Both the position numbers and the translations under genes were made by a program. Under the pieces are notes generated by a model that was given only the letters and a program-made list of their open reading frames with translations, was not told the origin of the DNA and did no database searches. A DNA stretch of 64,000 nucleotides from NCBI GenBank assembly GCA_025361065.1, contig JANYAY010000143.1, forward strand, positions 5,972 to 69,971, given 5' to 3'. Shown piece by piece: positions 26,574 to 35,231 of this stretch (position 1 is the first letter of the stretch; every line of letters starts with the position of its first letter). This DNA is from Deltaproteobacteria bacterium. Its GTDB lineage: Bacteria > Desulfobacterota > Syntrophia > Syntrophales > Smithellaceae.

Positions 26574-28741
26574 GCATGGCCATTGAATTCCAGGACGTAG
26601 GCGATGAACAGCGGGAGTTGGTCGGCGGCAAGGCGTTTTCCCTGTGTATAATGGCCAGAGAAGGTCTGCCCGTTCCTGCCGGCATCTGCATCACCACGGA
26701 GGCCTACATCCGCTACCTGGATGACACAGGTCTCCGGGTCAAGATTCTTCGGGAACTCAACCGCAAGCGGTTCGAGGACATGCGCTGGGAAGAAATGTGG
26801 GACACCTCCCTCAGAATCAGGAACATGTTCCTGAAAACGCCGATGCCCGCGAGCCTTTCCGTAAGTCTGAAACACGATCTCCCGGGGTTTGCAGATGGCA
26901 GAGCAATAGCCGTGCGCTCGTCTGCCCCGGGTGAGGACTCCTCGAAGGCCTCCTTTGCGGGTCTCCACGATTCATATCTCAACATCCATGGTATGGACGC
27001 GCTGCTAGAGCACATCCGGCTCGTCTGGGCATCCCTCTGGTCCGATGCGGCGCTGCTCTACAGGCGTGAACTGGGCCTCGATGTGGAGAGTAGCTCCATG
27101 GCGGTGGTGGTGCAGGAGATTGTACCCGGGAGTCGCTCGGGAGTTGTGTTCGGAATCAATCCCAACGACCCCGCCCAGTCGGTGGTTGAGGCGGTTTATG
27201 GGCTCAATGAGGGGCTGGTAGGCGGCCAGGTGGAACCGGATCGCTGGATTATCGAACGCGCCGGCGGCCGGATCGTGTCGCACCATTCTCCGTTGAGAGA
27301 CCGCTTTGTCTTGCTGGCAGAGGAGGGCGTGAAAACTGAGCCTCTCCCGCCGGACAAAATCCAGGCAGCCCCACTTGCTGATTGTGAGGTAAGGGATGTT
27401 CAGCGGATGGTGCTTCGCGGAGAGGCAATTTTCGGTGGACCGCAGGACATGGAGTGGACATATGACGGTGATAGGCTTTTCCTGCTACAGTCGCGGCCTA
27501 TCACCACTGTCGGCGAGACTTCAACCGACGATCAGCGCCCCTGGTACAAGAGCCTTCACCGGACTTTCGAAAACCTCAAAGAGCTGCGCAGCCGGATCGA
27601 GGAGGAACTTATTCCGCAGATGCTACGCGATGCCGATCGCCTTGCTGTCCGAAGCCTGGCTTCACTGAATGAGGCAGAGCTCGTCGGCGAGATCGAAGAG
27701 CGTGCCCTCATTTACAAAAAATGGCAGGACATCTACCGGGAGGAATTCATCCCGCTGGCCCACGGCATTCGTCTCTTCGGGATGGTATACAACGATGCCG
27801 TCAGGCCGAGCGATCCCTTCGAGTTCATGGACCTGCTCGGAGCAACCGCAATGGTGAGTCTGGAGCGGAACCGCGCACTCGAGGACTTGGCAAGTGCTGT
27901 GCGCAACGATGCCTCCCTCAGGGACGCACTTGGCCGTGGAGTCATTCCCGAATCCTTCAGCGAGCGGTTCGAAGTGTTTATTATGAGGTTCGGAGACCTG
28001 TTTGAATCGTTGCCGGGCGCCAACCGGTATGGTGAGAGATTGATCCCCTTTGTTCTGGAATTGGCCGGACGAAAACCTCTCGAGGAGCGCGGTACCGGGT
28101 CTGACGTGGACGATCGGCGAGAGGTCTTTCTGTCTCACTTCACCGGCAAGAAGCGACAGGAGGCAGAAGAGCAGCTCGACCTTGGACGCGCGAGCTACAG
28201 GCTTCGGGACAACGACAACATGTATATCGGGCGGGTAAAAGCCCAACTCGTAAAGGCGCTGGACGAGTTGGGGCGCCGGAAGGAACAGGGTGTTTTCGTG
28301 CCGCGACCCGTGGCATGGTCCGGGGATGTGGCATCCGTTATCGGGGAATTGACCCGTACACATTCCCCGCTTACCGCCGACGCCGAAGCCAATGGCTTTT
28401 CGACACGAGCCCGTCAGATTGTCGGACAACCGGCTGGACCGGGCCTGGCCACCGGAACCGCACGCATCGTTATGGACGCTGCGGACGCATTTCGGTTCAA
28501 GGCGGGTGAGGTTATGGTTTGTGACGCTGTCGATCCGACCATGACCTTTGTTGTTCCCCTCGCCGCGGCTATCGTCGAACGCAGGGGTGGCATGCTCATA
28601 CACGGTTCCATCATCGCCAGGGAATACGGTATCCCCTGCGTAACGGGAGTGCCCGACGCGACCAGCCGGATCCGGACAGGAGATACTCTCACCGTGGATG
28701 GGTATCTCGGCATCGTTATTATTGAAAGAGATGACTCATGA
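26570..28741 (+). CDS. PEP-utilising-enzyme family phosphotransferase: N-terminal PPDK_N ATP-grasp, central unknown region, C-terminal swivel phosphohistidine domain
   Basis: N-terminus VGGKAFSLCIMAREGLPVPAG and MEWTYDGDRLFLLQSRPIT. C-terminus GGMLIHGSIIAREYGIPCVTGV (catalytic His). There is no C-terminal PEP/pyruvate TIM-barrel region. Confidence 0.85.
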   Translation: MSMAIEFQDVGDEQRELVGGKAFSLCIMAREGLPVPAGICITTEAYIRYLDDTGLRVKILRELNRKRFEDMRWEEMWDTSLRIRNMFLKTPMPASLSVSLKHDLPGFADGRAIAVRSSAPGEDSSKASFAGLHDSYLNIHGMDALLEHIRLVWASLWSDAALLYRRELGLDVESSSMAVVVQEIVPGSRSGVVFGINPNDPAQSVVEAVYGLNEGLVGGQVEPDRWIIERAGGRIVSHHSPLRDRFVLLAEEGVKTEPLPPDKIQAAPLADCEVRDVQRMVLRGEAIFGGPQDMEWTYDGDRLFLLQSRPITTVGETSTDDQRPWYKSLHRTFENLKELRSRIEEELIPQMLRDADRLAVRSLASLNEAELVGEIEERALIYKKWQDIYREEFIPLAHGIRLFGMVYNDAVRPSDPFEFMDLLGATAMVSLERNRALEDLASAVRNDASLRDALGRGVIPESFSERFEVFIMRFGDLFESLPGANRYGERLIPFVLELAGRKPLEERGTGSDVDDRREVFLSHFTGKKRQEAEEQLDLGRASYRLRDNDNMYIGRVKAQLVKALDELGRRKEQGVFVPRPVAWSGDVASVIGELTRTHSPLTADAEANGFSTRARQIVGQPAGPGLATGTARIVMDAADAFRFKAGEVMVCDAVDPTMTFVVPLAAAIVERRGGMLIHGSIIAREYGIPCVTGVPDATSRIRTGDTLTVDGYLGIVIIERDDS

Positions 28742-28879
28742 GCCCGCAGATCCCGCACATGGCCGAGACGGTCCTGCCCCGCGCCCCTGGGTTGTTCCGC
28801 GCCTGGCGGCCGGAACGATTCTCTCCGTTTGGCTGCAACTTGTGCCGCGGTATGGAGGGAGATCGCCGGCAACTACCAC

Positions 28880-29092
28880 ATGGCCTCCGCCCACCTGCCG
28901 CGGTTGAGCGGAGATGCACTGCCCGGTACGGAGTTCGAGAAATATCCGGACACCACCCGGCTGAAGCTGGATCGCCTGGTGCCGATGATGAGCGAATCCC
29001 TTGGCCTGGGCAGCTTCAGCATTATCACCCGCAGAGGGTTTGGCTGCTACTCCTGTCACTTTGGTCCGAACGGACCTATGTTCGGGCATTGA
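28880..29092 (+). CDS. possible small protein (70 aa), very uncertain
   Basis: The frame stays open for about 117 codons after the phosphotransferase TGA. Only the last 60-70 codons look protein-like (ALPGTEFEKYPDTTRLKLDRLVPMMSESLGLGSFSIITRRGFGCYSCHFGPNGPMFGH). There is no good RBS. Confidence 0.2.
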   Translation: MASAHLPRLSGDALPGTEFEKYPDTTRLKLDRLVPMMSESLGLGSFSIITRRGFGCYSCHFGPNGPMFGH

Positions 29093-29295
29093 ACACAGCT
29101 GATATTTTTCCGGATACTGCTTTTGCTCTTCTCTGCTCGCTGTATTCTCTATACTGTTTCCCCTGGTAATGCAGTCGGGAGGTGTTTCTTTGAGATCAGT
29201 TCACGGCCTTATGCAATCGAAATTGATGAGTGGCGGGACAAAGACATCAACATCGCAGTAGCTGTTATTAAGGCAGGAAACGGAATGGTGATAAG

Positions 29296-30645
29296 ATGCA
29301 GGTCAACGGCCTACGTGTGAGAGCATTAAAAGACGTTGAGACAAAGAAGGGTCCCGTGGTGTACTGGATGAGCCGGGAGCAGCGCCTAAAGGACAACTGG
29401 GCTTTATTGCATGCTCAGGGGCTGGCCATGGAAAGAAAAGTTCCGCTTCTGGTCGTATTTTCCCTGGTTCCTCAATTTCTCGGTGCAGCGATGCGGCAGT
29501 ATGATTTCATGCTTAAGGGTCTTGCCGATGTTGAAGATGATTTAGCGAAATTGTCAATTCCATTTTATTTATTGGAGGGTCTGCCGGAAAAAACCATAGC
29601 AGATTTCTCATCAGTGGTGCATGCCTCTGCGCTGGTCAGTGATTTTGACCCTTTGCGAATGAAAAGGGAATGGAAAGAGAAGTTGACCTCGCAGGTACAT
29701 ATACCGTTTTATGAAGTGGATGCGCACAATATCGTGCCCTGCTGGATTGCATCTTCCAAACAGGAATACGGCGCGTATACACTGCGGCCCAAACTAAAGA
29801 GATTGCTCCCGCAATTCTTGACGGAGTATCCGAAGCTGGAACGGCATCCTTACAAAATCAAGAGGATTGATGAGCGAATCGATTGGCAGAAAGTCCGTAC
29901 CCGCTTGAAAATTGATCATTCAGTAGGTATCGATGATTCGCTGGACTCAGGAGAGGCTGCAGCAGCCAATATTTTAGGTCACTTCATAGCCAACAAGCTT
30001 AACGACTATAACCTGAAGCGCAATGATCCCTGCCTGGACGGCCAATCAAATCTATCCCCCTATTTGCATTTTGGTCAACTTGCGGCCCAAAGAGTGGCTT
30101 TGGAAGTGACAGGAGCCAAGGTCGATTGGCAATCGAAAGATGCCTTTCTGGAAGAACTCATTGTACGGCGCGAGCTCTCCGATAATTTTTGTTTTTACAA
30201 TGAGACATATGACCGCTTTGAGGGATTTCCGCACTGGGCTCAGGAGTCACTCAACGAGCACCGCAGCGATAAACGGGAATATACCTATACCGTTTCACAG
30301 TTTGAAGAGGCTAACACTCACGATCCTCTCTGGAATGCGGCACAAAGGGAAATGGTCTGTAAAGGCAAAATGCACGGATATATGAGAATGTATTGGTGCA
30401 AGAAAATACTGGAATGGACGGAATCTCCTGAAGAGGCACTTGAATCAGCAATTTACCTCAATGATAAATATGAATTGGATGGCAGGGATCCGAATGGATA
30501 TGCAGGGATGGCCTGGTCAATCGGCGGGGTGCATGACCGGGCCTGGTTTGATCGCAAGGTATTCGGAAAGGTTCGTTATATGAGTTACGGCGGGTGTCAG
30601 TCGAAGTTCGATGTCGATGAATACATCAAACAAAACAAAGTATAA
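29296..30645 (+). CDS. phr: class II CPD deoxyribodipyrimidine photolyase
   Basis: 449 aa. N-terminal VVYWMSREQRLKDNWALLHAQ and C-terminal FAD-binding region (YMRMYWCKKILEW, GGVHDRAW) are typical of class II enzymes. Confidence 0.9.
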   Translation: MQVNGLRVRALKDVETKKGPVVYWMSREQRLKDNWALLHAQGLAMERKVPLLVVFSLVPQFLGAAMRQYDFMLKGLADVEDDLAKLSIPFYLLEGLPEKTIADFSSVVHASALVSDFDPLRMKREWKEKLTSQVHIPFYEVDAHNIVPCWIASSKQEYGAYTLRPKLKRLLPQFLTEYPKLERHPYKIKRIDERIDWQKVRTRLKIDHSVGIDDSLDSGEAAAANILGHFIANKLNDYNLKRNDPCLDGQSNLSPYLHFGQLAAQRVALEVTGAKVDWQSKDAFLEELIVRRELSDNFCFYNETYDRFEGFPHWAQESLNEHRSDKREYTYTVSQFEEANTHDPLWNAAQREMVCKGKMHGYMRMYWCKKILEWTESPEEALESAIYLNDKYELDGRDPNGYAGMAWSIGGVHDRAWFDRKVFGKVRYMSYGGCQSKFDVDEYIKQNKV

Positions 30646-30665
30646 AAGTAAATGGGGGTGTAGGT

Positions 30666-31268
30666 ATGAGTAAAAAAGACAAGAAGATCATTCTAATAGC
30701 GCAGTGTCTGATCAATCCTTATTGTCGCGTACACATATTGGGGCAGAACTTCCCCTTAACCATTGAAGTAACAAACTACCTCCTGAGAAAGAACGTTGGC
30801 ATCATCCAGTATCCCTGTCCCGAGACGACTGCCATGGGCCTGATGCGCAATCCCCAGGGCCGCCAGCAATACGACAACATCTTCTTTCGCAACCACTGCA
30901 AGGAGTTGCTTCAGGTGCCCATGCTCATGGTCCGGGAATTCCTCCAGAACCGCTACCGCCTGTGCTGCTTCATCGGCCTGGAAAACAGCCCCACCTGCGG
31001 TATCCACTGGGGGCGACACAAGGTGAATCGATATGGCACAGAGTCGCCCAACCAGGATGAAGGATCTGAGAAAAACCCGAAAGACCCGGTTCTCCGGGGG
31101 ATCATGGCTGAGATCCTGGAGGAGGAATTGGCTAAAGAAGGAATCAAAACCCCATTTCTGGAACTGCCCGCCCTTTCTCCTGCCGACTCGGACAAGCGAC
31201 AACATTTCTGGAAGGATCTTGAGGATGCTCTTTATTTAAATCCCGAAGAAGAGCGGGTCGTTTCTTGA
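30666..31268 (+). CDS. DUF523/TudS-related protein (putative Fe-S desulfidase-like)
   Basis: 200 aa with three spaced Cys contexts, IAQCLINPYCRV, YPCPETTAMG and NSPTCGI, as in DUF523 proteins. This is the second DUF523 paralog in the window. Confidence 0.55.
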   Translation: MSKKDKKIILIAQCLINPYCRVHILGQNFPLTIEVTNYLLRKNVGIIQYPCPETTAMGLMRNPQGRQQYDNIFFRNHCKELLQVPMLMVREFLQNRYRLCCFIGLENSPTCGIHWGRHKVNRYGTESPNQDEGSEKNPKDPVLRGIMAEILEEELAKEGIKTPFLELPALSPADSDKRQHFWKDLEDALYLNPEEERVVS

Positions 31269-31320
31269 GATCCCTCTTCATGCTTTGACTTCGTAACGCG
31301 AGTAATCACACTTCCGGCAA

Positions 31321-31368
31321 ATCTCCTGAATGAGCACCTTTGCCGGGAACCTTTTTCCTTTGATCCCC
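31321..31368. terminator. bidirectional terminator candidate between convergent genes
   Basis: CCGGCAAA (31323-31330) pairs with TTTGCCGG (31348-31355), followed by the T-rich CCTTTTTCCTTT. Confidence 0.45.
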
Positions 31369-31384
31369 AGGGAAGACAGTATGT

Positions 31385-31639
31385 CTATTTCTTCTTCTTT
31401 GCCGGCGGCATAATCACCGCGTCGATGACATCAATGACGCCGCTGGAGGCCATGAAGGCGGTCTTGACGACAGTCGCCTTACCCACCATCACCTTTTCCT
31501 CTTTGACGATAATTTTTATGGATGCCCCCTGCATCGAAGCATAACGCATCGAAAAAAAGGCGTGCTGCATAGGCCTGCAGGAAAAGTGCCTCAAAATGCT
31601 TTCCTGACGGGCATGTCGTCCAGGAAGAGAGTTGATTGC
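31385..31639 (-). pseudogene. truncated fasciclin (FAS1) domain remnant
   Basis: The C-terminus KVMVGKATVVKTAFMASSGVIDVIDAVIMPP matches the FAS1 end motif (NGVIHVID-x-VL-x-P). The open frame is only about 84 codons, bounded upstream by TAA at 31640-31642. It has no signal peptide or N-terminal FAS1 half. Confidence 0.5.
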
Positions 31640-31731
31640 TTAAAAAAGGACTGCCGCCAAAAAAACCTACATATCATGCTTAACCCCTTCGTCGCCTCTG
31701 CTTTTCGATGAAAAACGATGAAAAATACACC

Positions 31732-31760
31732 TTGACACGAGAAAACACTACTTCTATACT
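31732..31760 (+). promoter_or_regulatory. sigma-70-type promoter candidate P1 upstream of the five-gene operon
   Basis: TTGACA (31732-31737), a 17-nt spacer, then TATACT (31755-31760). Confidence 0.35.
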
Positions 31761-31827
31761 CAGAACCGTCAGAAGCAATGTTTTATCAAATACCGTTCGG
31801 GATTGATGTCTTTTGATCAATCGGTTA

Positions 31828-31856
31828 TTGACACCTACAGAGTATGACACTATATC
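31828..31856 (+). promoter_or_regulatory. sigma-70-type promoter candidate P2 upstream of the five-gene operon
   Basis: TTGACA (31828-31833), a 17-nt spacer, then TATATC (31851-31856), about 60 nt before the ATG at 31916. Confidence 0.35.
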
Positions 31857-31915
31857 AAATACTATTGTTACGGATTATTAACTGGTAATATAACCATCAG
31901 GTTCCCAATTATCCA

Positions 31916-32644
31916 ATGAAATCCGAACACAGCCTATTCAGCCAGATAAGGTCATCTTTTGAAAAAACGCCTGAACGGTCAAACGGGGGCCGCCCTTTCG
32001 TCACGCTGAGTTATGCCCAGAGCATTGACGGGTCCATCGCATATCGACCGGGCAGGCCGCTGGCCTTGAGCGGCAGAGATTCCCTTCTTTTAACACATCA
32101 TTTGCGATCTATCCACGAAAGTATTCTCGTCGGTATAGGCACTATTCTGGCCGATGATCCCTACCTGACAGTCCGGCACATCAATGCAAAGAGCCCTCAA
32201 CCCGTCATCGTGGATGGGCGGCTCCGCTTCCCCCTCAATGCCCGCGCCCTGAAGCATAACCATCAAGCGCCATGGATTGCCACAAGCGAGAAGTCAGATG
32301 TGGAACGTGAGCAGACGTTAATTAATTCCGGTGCCAAGGTAATGCGGATTCCGTCCACGCCGGACGGGCTGATTGATTTAACCGTTCTGCTGAAACGGCT
32401 GCTGGAGATGAATATTACGAGCCTTATGGTAGAGGGGGGCGCTGAAATCATAACCAGTTTCCTCAAACTCCGCCTGGTTGATCAACTGGTTCTGACCATC
32501 AGCCCCGTTTACATCGGCGGCATGCATGCCATATGGCCCCTGCAGCTTGACCTCGCCAATCCGCCCGTTCTTGAAAACATATCATGGAAGACGTACGGAT
32601 CAGACCTTGTCCTCCGGGCCGACTTGGCCTGGAAAAATTCATGA
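31916..32644 (+). CDS. RibD C-terminal-domain (DHFR-fold) reductase, stand-alone
   Basis: RPFVTLSYAQSIDGSIA, ILVGIGTILADDPYLTVR and LMVEGGAEI are typical RibD_C blocks. There is no deaminase domain. Confidence 0.85.
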   Translation: MKSEHSLFSQIRSSFEKTPERSNGGRPFVTLSYAQSIDGSIAYRPGRPLALSGRDSLLLTHHLRSIHESILVGIGTILADDPYLTVRHINAKSPQPVIVDGRLRFPLNARALKHNHQAPWIATSEKSDVEREQTLINSGAKVMRIPSTPDGLIDLTVLLKRLLEMNITSLMVEGGAEIITSFLKLRLVDQLVLTISPVYIGGMHAIWPLQLDLANPPVLENISWKTYGSDLVLRADLAWKNS

Positions 32645-33675
32645 AACGGACCGCTTTATATTTTACGGGTCCCGGCCGCGTGGAAATCCGGGAGGAAACG
32701 CTGCCTGACCTGCCGTCCGGCAAGGTCCTGGTTGAGACGAGGCACTCGGCTATCAGCACCGGCACCGAGCTTCTTATATACCGCGGCCTGTGCCCTCCGG
32801 ATTTACCCGTTGATGCAACAATTCCCGGCCTCCAGGGATCATTTGCCTATCCCGTGAAATACGGGTATGCGACCGTAGGGCAAGTCATTGCTGCGGGAAA
32901 GGCTGCGACCGGCGGATGGGAAGGCAGGATGGTCTTTTCATATCATCCTCATGAAAGCCATTTTATTGCCGACCCCGCTGAACTGATTCCTCTTCCTGCG
33001 GAAATGGCCCTCGAAGAGGCCCTGTTTCTCCCCAATCAGGAAACGGCAATTAATTTCGTGATGGACGGCCGACCCCTGATCGGCGAACAGGTTGTCGTTT
33101 TTGGCCAGGGGATTGTCGGCTTGCTGACGACTTCCCTCCTCTCTCTTTATCCTCTGAAGCAATTATTGACCGTCGACAAGTATCCCCTGCGCCGGAAATT
33201 ATCCATAATGGCCGGAGCGCATGAAGCTTTCGATCCCTCGGGAGAGGACTTTCCCGTCAGCATCATGAAACGGCTTGAATCGCCGGGAGTTCATGCGGGA
33301 GCGGATCTGGCCTTCGAGGTATCGGGCTCCCCCGATGCACTCCAGCAGGCCATCGCTGTCACGGGCTTCAGCGGCAGGATCGTCATCGGATCCTGGTATG
33401 GCCTGAAGGATGTTCATCTCAACCTAGGGGGATCGTTCCACCGCAGCCGCATTCGGCTGATCAGCAGTCAGGTCAGCAGTATCGACCAGGAATTCCTCGG
33501 CCGGTGGACAAAATCCAGACGCCTGGCGTTTGCCGCGGTGCTTCTCGAAAAGGTGAAGCCTCTGCGCTTCGTGACCCACCGTTTCCCTTTCCACTCGGCG
33601 GCAGATGCCTATGCCTGCCTGGACAAAAACCCGGATGAATGCGTTCAGGCATTGCTCAACTACGGCGGACCTTAA
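32641..33675 (+). CDS. medium-chain (zinc-type) dehydrogenase/reductase family protein, BchC-like subgroup
   Basis: The start at 32641 overlaps the upstream stop (ATGA). Motifs HSAISTGTE, Rossmann VVVFGQGIVGLL and GSWYG...LGGSFHRSRIRLISSQV are present. Confidence 0.8.
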   Translation: MKRTALYFTGPGRVEIREETLPDLPSGKVLVETRHSAISTGTELLIYRGLCPPDLPVDATIPGLQGSFAYPVKYGYATVGQVIAAGKAATGGWEGRMVFSYHPHESHFIADPAELIPLPAEMALEEALFLPNQETAINFVMDGRPLIGEQVVVFGQGIVGLLTTSLLSLYPLKQLLTVDKYPLRRKLSIMAGAHEAFDPSGEDFPVSIMKRLESPGVHAGADLAFEVSGSPDALQQAIAVTGFSGRIVIGSWYGLKDVHLNLGGSFHRSRIRLISSQVSSIDQEFLGRWTKSRRLAFAAVLLEKVKPLRFVTHRFPFHSAADAYACLDKNPDECVQALLNYGGP

Positions 33676-33737
33676 AGGCCGGCGCACACGAACACCCGCC
33701 TATGTCGCGGGCCAGCGAAAATGAAAGGACGAACAAG

Positions 33738-34118
33738 ATGTACACAGTGGCAGTGAAGCGGCAATTTATTGCAAGGCACTATCTGATCGGCGGTAACTGG
33801 GGGAGCGAAAATCAGGAGCATTCTCATTTTTACCGCCTGGAAGTCAGTCTGGAAGGGCCTCAGCTGGATGAGCACGGCTATCTGATTGACATCACCGCGA
33901 TCAATGGTCTTCTGGATGGTATCGTGATTCGTCTCCACGACCGCGTTCTCAATGATATCCAGGAACTTGCCGGCTTGAATCCCAGCATCGAGCATCTGGC
34001 CGGATTATGCTGCCAATGGGTGCATGATGGCCTGCCTAATCCGCCGATAGACGCGATCTGCGTCAAGATCTTCGAAAATGAAGATGCCTGGGCATCCGTT
34101 CGTCGCCTGATCAAATGA
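33738..34118 (+). CDS. 6-pyruvoyl-tetrahydropterin synthase/QueD (COG0720) family protein lacking the catalytic Cys
   Basis: 126 aa from ATG 33738. The Zn-ligand histidines are present (ARH..., EHSH). A hand alignment to the QueD motif CxxxHGH places Glu where the Cys is expected. An LND block (RVLNDI) is present. Confidence 0.75.
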   Translation: MYTVAVKRQFIARHYLIGGNWGSENQEHSHFYRLEVSLEGPQLDEHGYLIDITAINGLLDGIVIRLHDRVLNDIQELAGLNPSIEHLAGLCCQWVHDGLPNPPIDAICVKIFENEDAWASVRRLIK

Positions 34119-35224
34119 AGATTGCTTTGATGATTTATGGGGCTCTCGACCGGGTGTCGGGAGGCTATCTCTACGACCGCATGATGGTGGAACATCTGGA
34201 GCGTATGGGTCATCAGGTGGAAATCGTCACCTTGCCTGGAAAGCCTTATGCGCTCAACTTCACAGACAATTTCTCCAGCAGTGCATTGCGGACCCTGCAG
34301 GAAAGCCGGCCCGATATTCTGCTGCAGGACGAGCTGTGTCATCCCTCTCTTTTCCTTTTAAACGGAAAACTTAAAAAAATCCTGAGATGCCCCATCATCT
34401 CAATCGTGCATCATCTGAGAAGTTCAGAGGCACGTCCGGCCTGGCAGAATGTCTTTTATCAGAGGGTGGAAAAGAAGTATCTCCGTGCCCTGGATGGCTG
34501 CATTTTCAACAGCGAAACAACCCGCGCCGTCATTCTTCATCTTCTCGGCGAAGAACGCCCTTGCGTTGTGGCTTATCCAGGAGGAGACCATATCGCCTCC
34601 GACATTTCCAACGGCAGGATCCTGGAGCGCAGCCTTAAACCGGGACCCCTGAAGCTCCTTTTCATCGGGAACGTCATCGCGCGCAAGGGTCTCCATATCT
34701 TGATCAGCGCTCTGGGCAGCCTCATGGACCAGCATTGGCAGCTGACTGTTGCGGGTAGTCTTTCTGCTGACAGCCGCTATGCCGCGAGTGTTAAACGCCT
34801 GATTGAGGGCACAGGCCTTCAGGAGCGGGTGGTGTTTAAGGGAACGGTCGATCACGAAACCTTGACGGGACTGCTGGAAAATCATCACTGCCTGGCCGTT
34901 CCGTCCTTTTATGAGGGATTTGGCATCGTCTATCTTGAAGCCATGGCCTTTGGACTGCCGGTCATCGCCTCGACAGCGGGAGCCGTTCCCGAGGTCGTGG
35001 CGGACGGCCATGAAGGGTTTCTTGTCCCTCCCGGAGAGGTGGCGGCGCTGGCCAACCGCATCAGCATACTTGCCGGTGATCGCGATCGTCTCGCCGCAAT
35101 GGGACTGGCGGCACGAAATCGTTACGTGAAGCATCCTTCCTGGGCGGATGGCGCGGTGAGTATCCATAACTTTTTTCACAGGATCGGCGGCACGGCTATG
35201 TCGTCAGAGTTCCGAAAAGGATAG
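34115..35224 (+). CDS. GT4-family (Glycos_transf_1) glycosyltransferase
   Basis: The start overlaps the upstream stop (ATGA). C-terminal EGFGIVYLEAMAFGLPVIAS and EGFLVPPG (E-X7-E type) motifs are present. Confidence 0.9.
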   Translation: MKIALMIYGALDRVSGGYLYDRMMVEHLERMGHQVEIVTLPGKPYALNFTDNFSSSALRTLQESRPDILLQDELCHPSLFLLNGKLKKILRCPIISIVHHLRSSEARPAWQNVFYQRVEKKYLRALDGCIFNSETTRAVILHLLGEERPCVVAYPGGDHIASDISNGRILERSLKPGPLKLLFIGNVIARKGLHILISALGSLMDQHWQLTVAGSLSADSRYAASVKRLIEGTGLQERVVFKGTVDHETLTGLLENHHCLAVPSFYEGFGIVYLEAMAFGLPVIASTAGAVPEVVADGHEGFLVPPGEVAALANRISILAGDRDRLAAMGLAARNRYVKHPSWADGAVSIHNFFHRIGGTAMSSEFRKG

Positions 35225-35231
35225 ATCATCC

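Noticed and set aside
28738-29169. 143-aa ORF whose ATG overlaps the phosphotransferase stop (ATGA), suggesting translational coupling.
   Set aside because: The product is Arg/Pro/Trp-rich with no secondary-structure-like periodicity. It looks like an off-frame reading of GC-rich DNA. The alternative frame (28880-29092) is slightly more protein-like, so I listed that one at low confidence instead.
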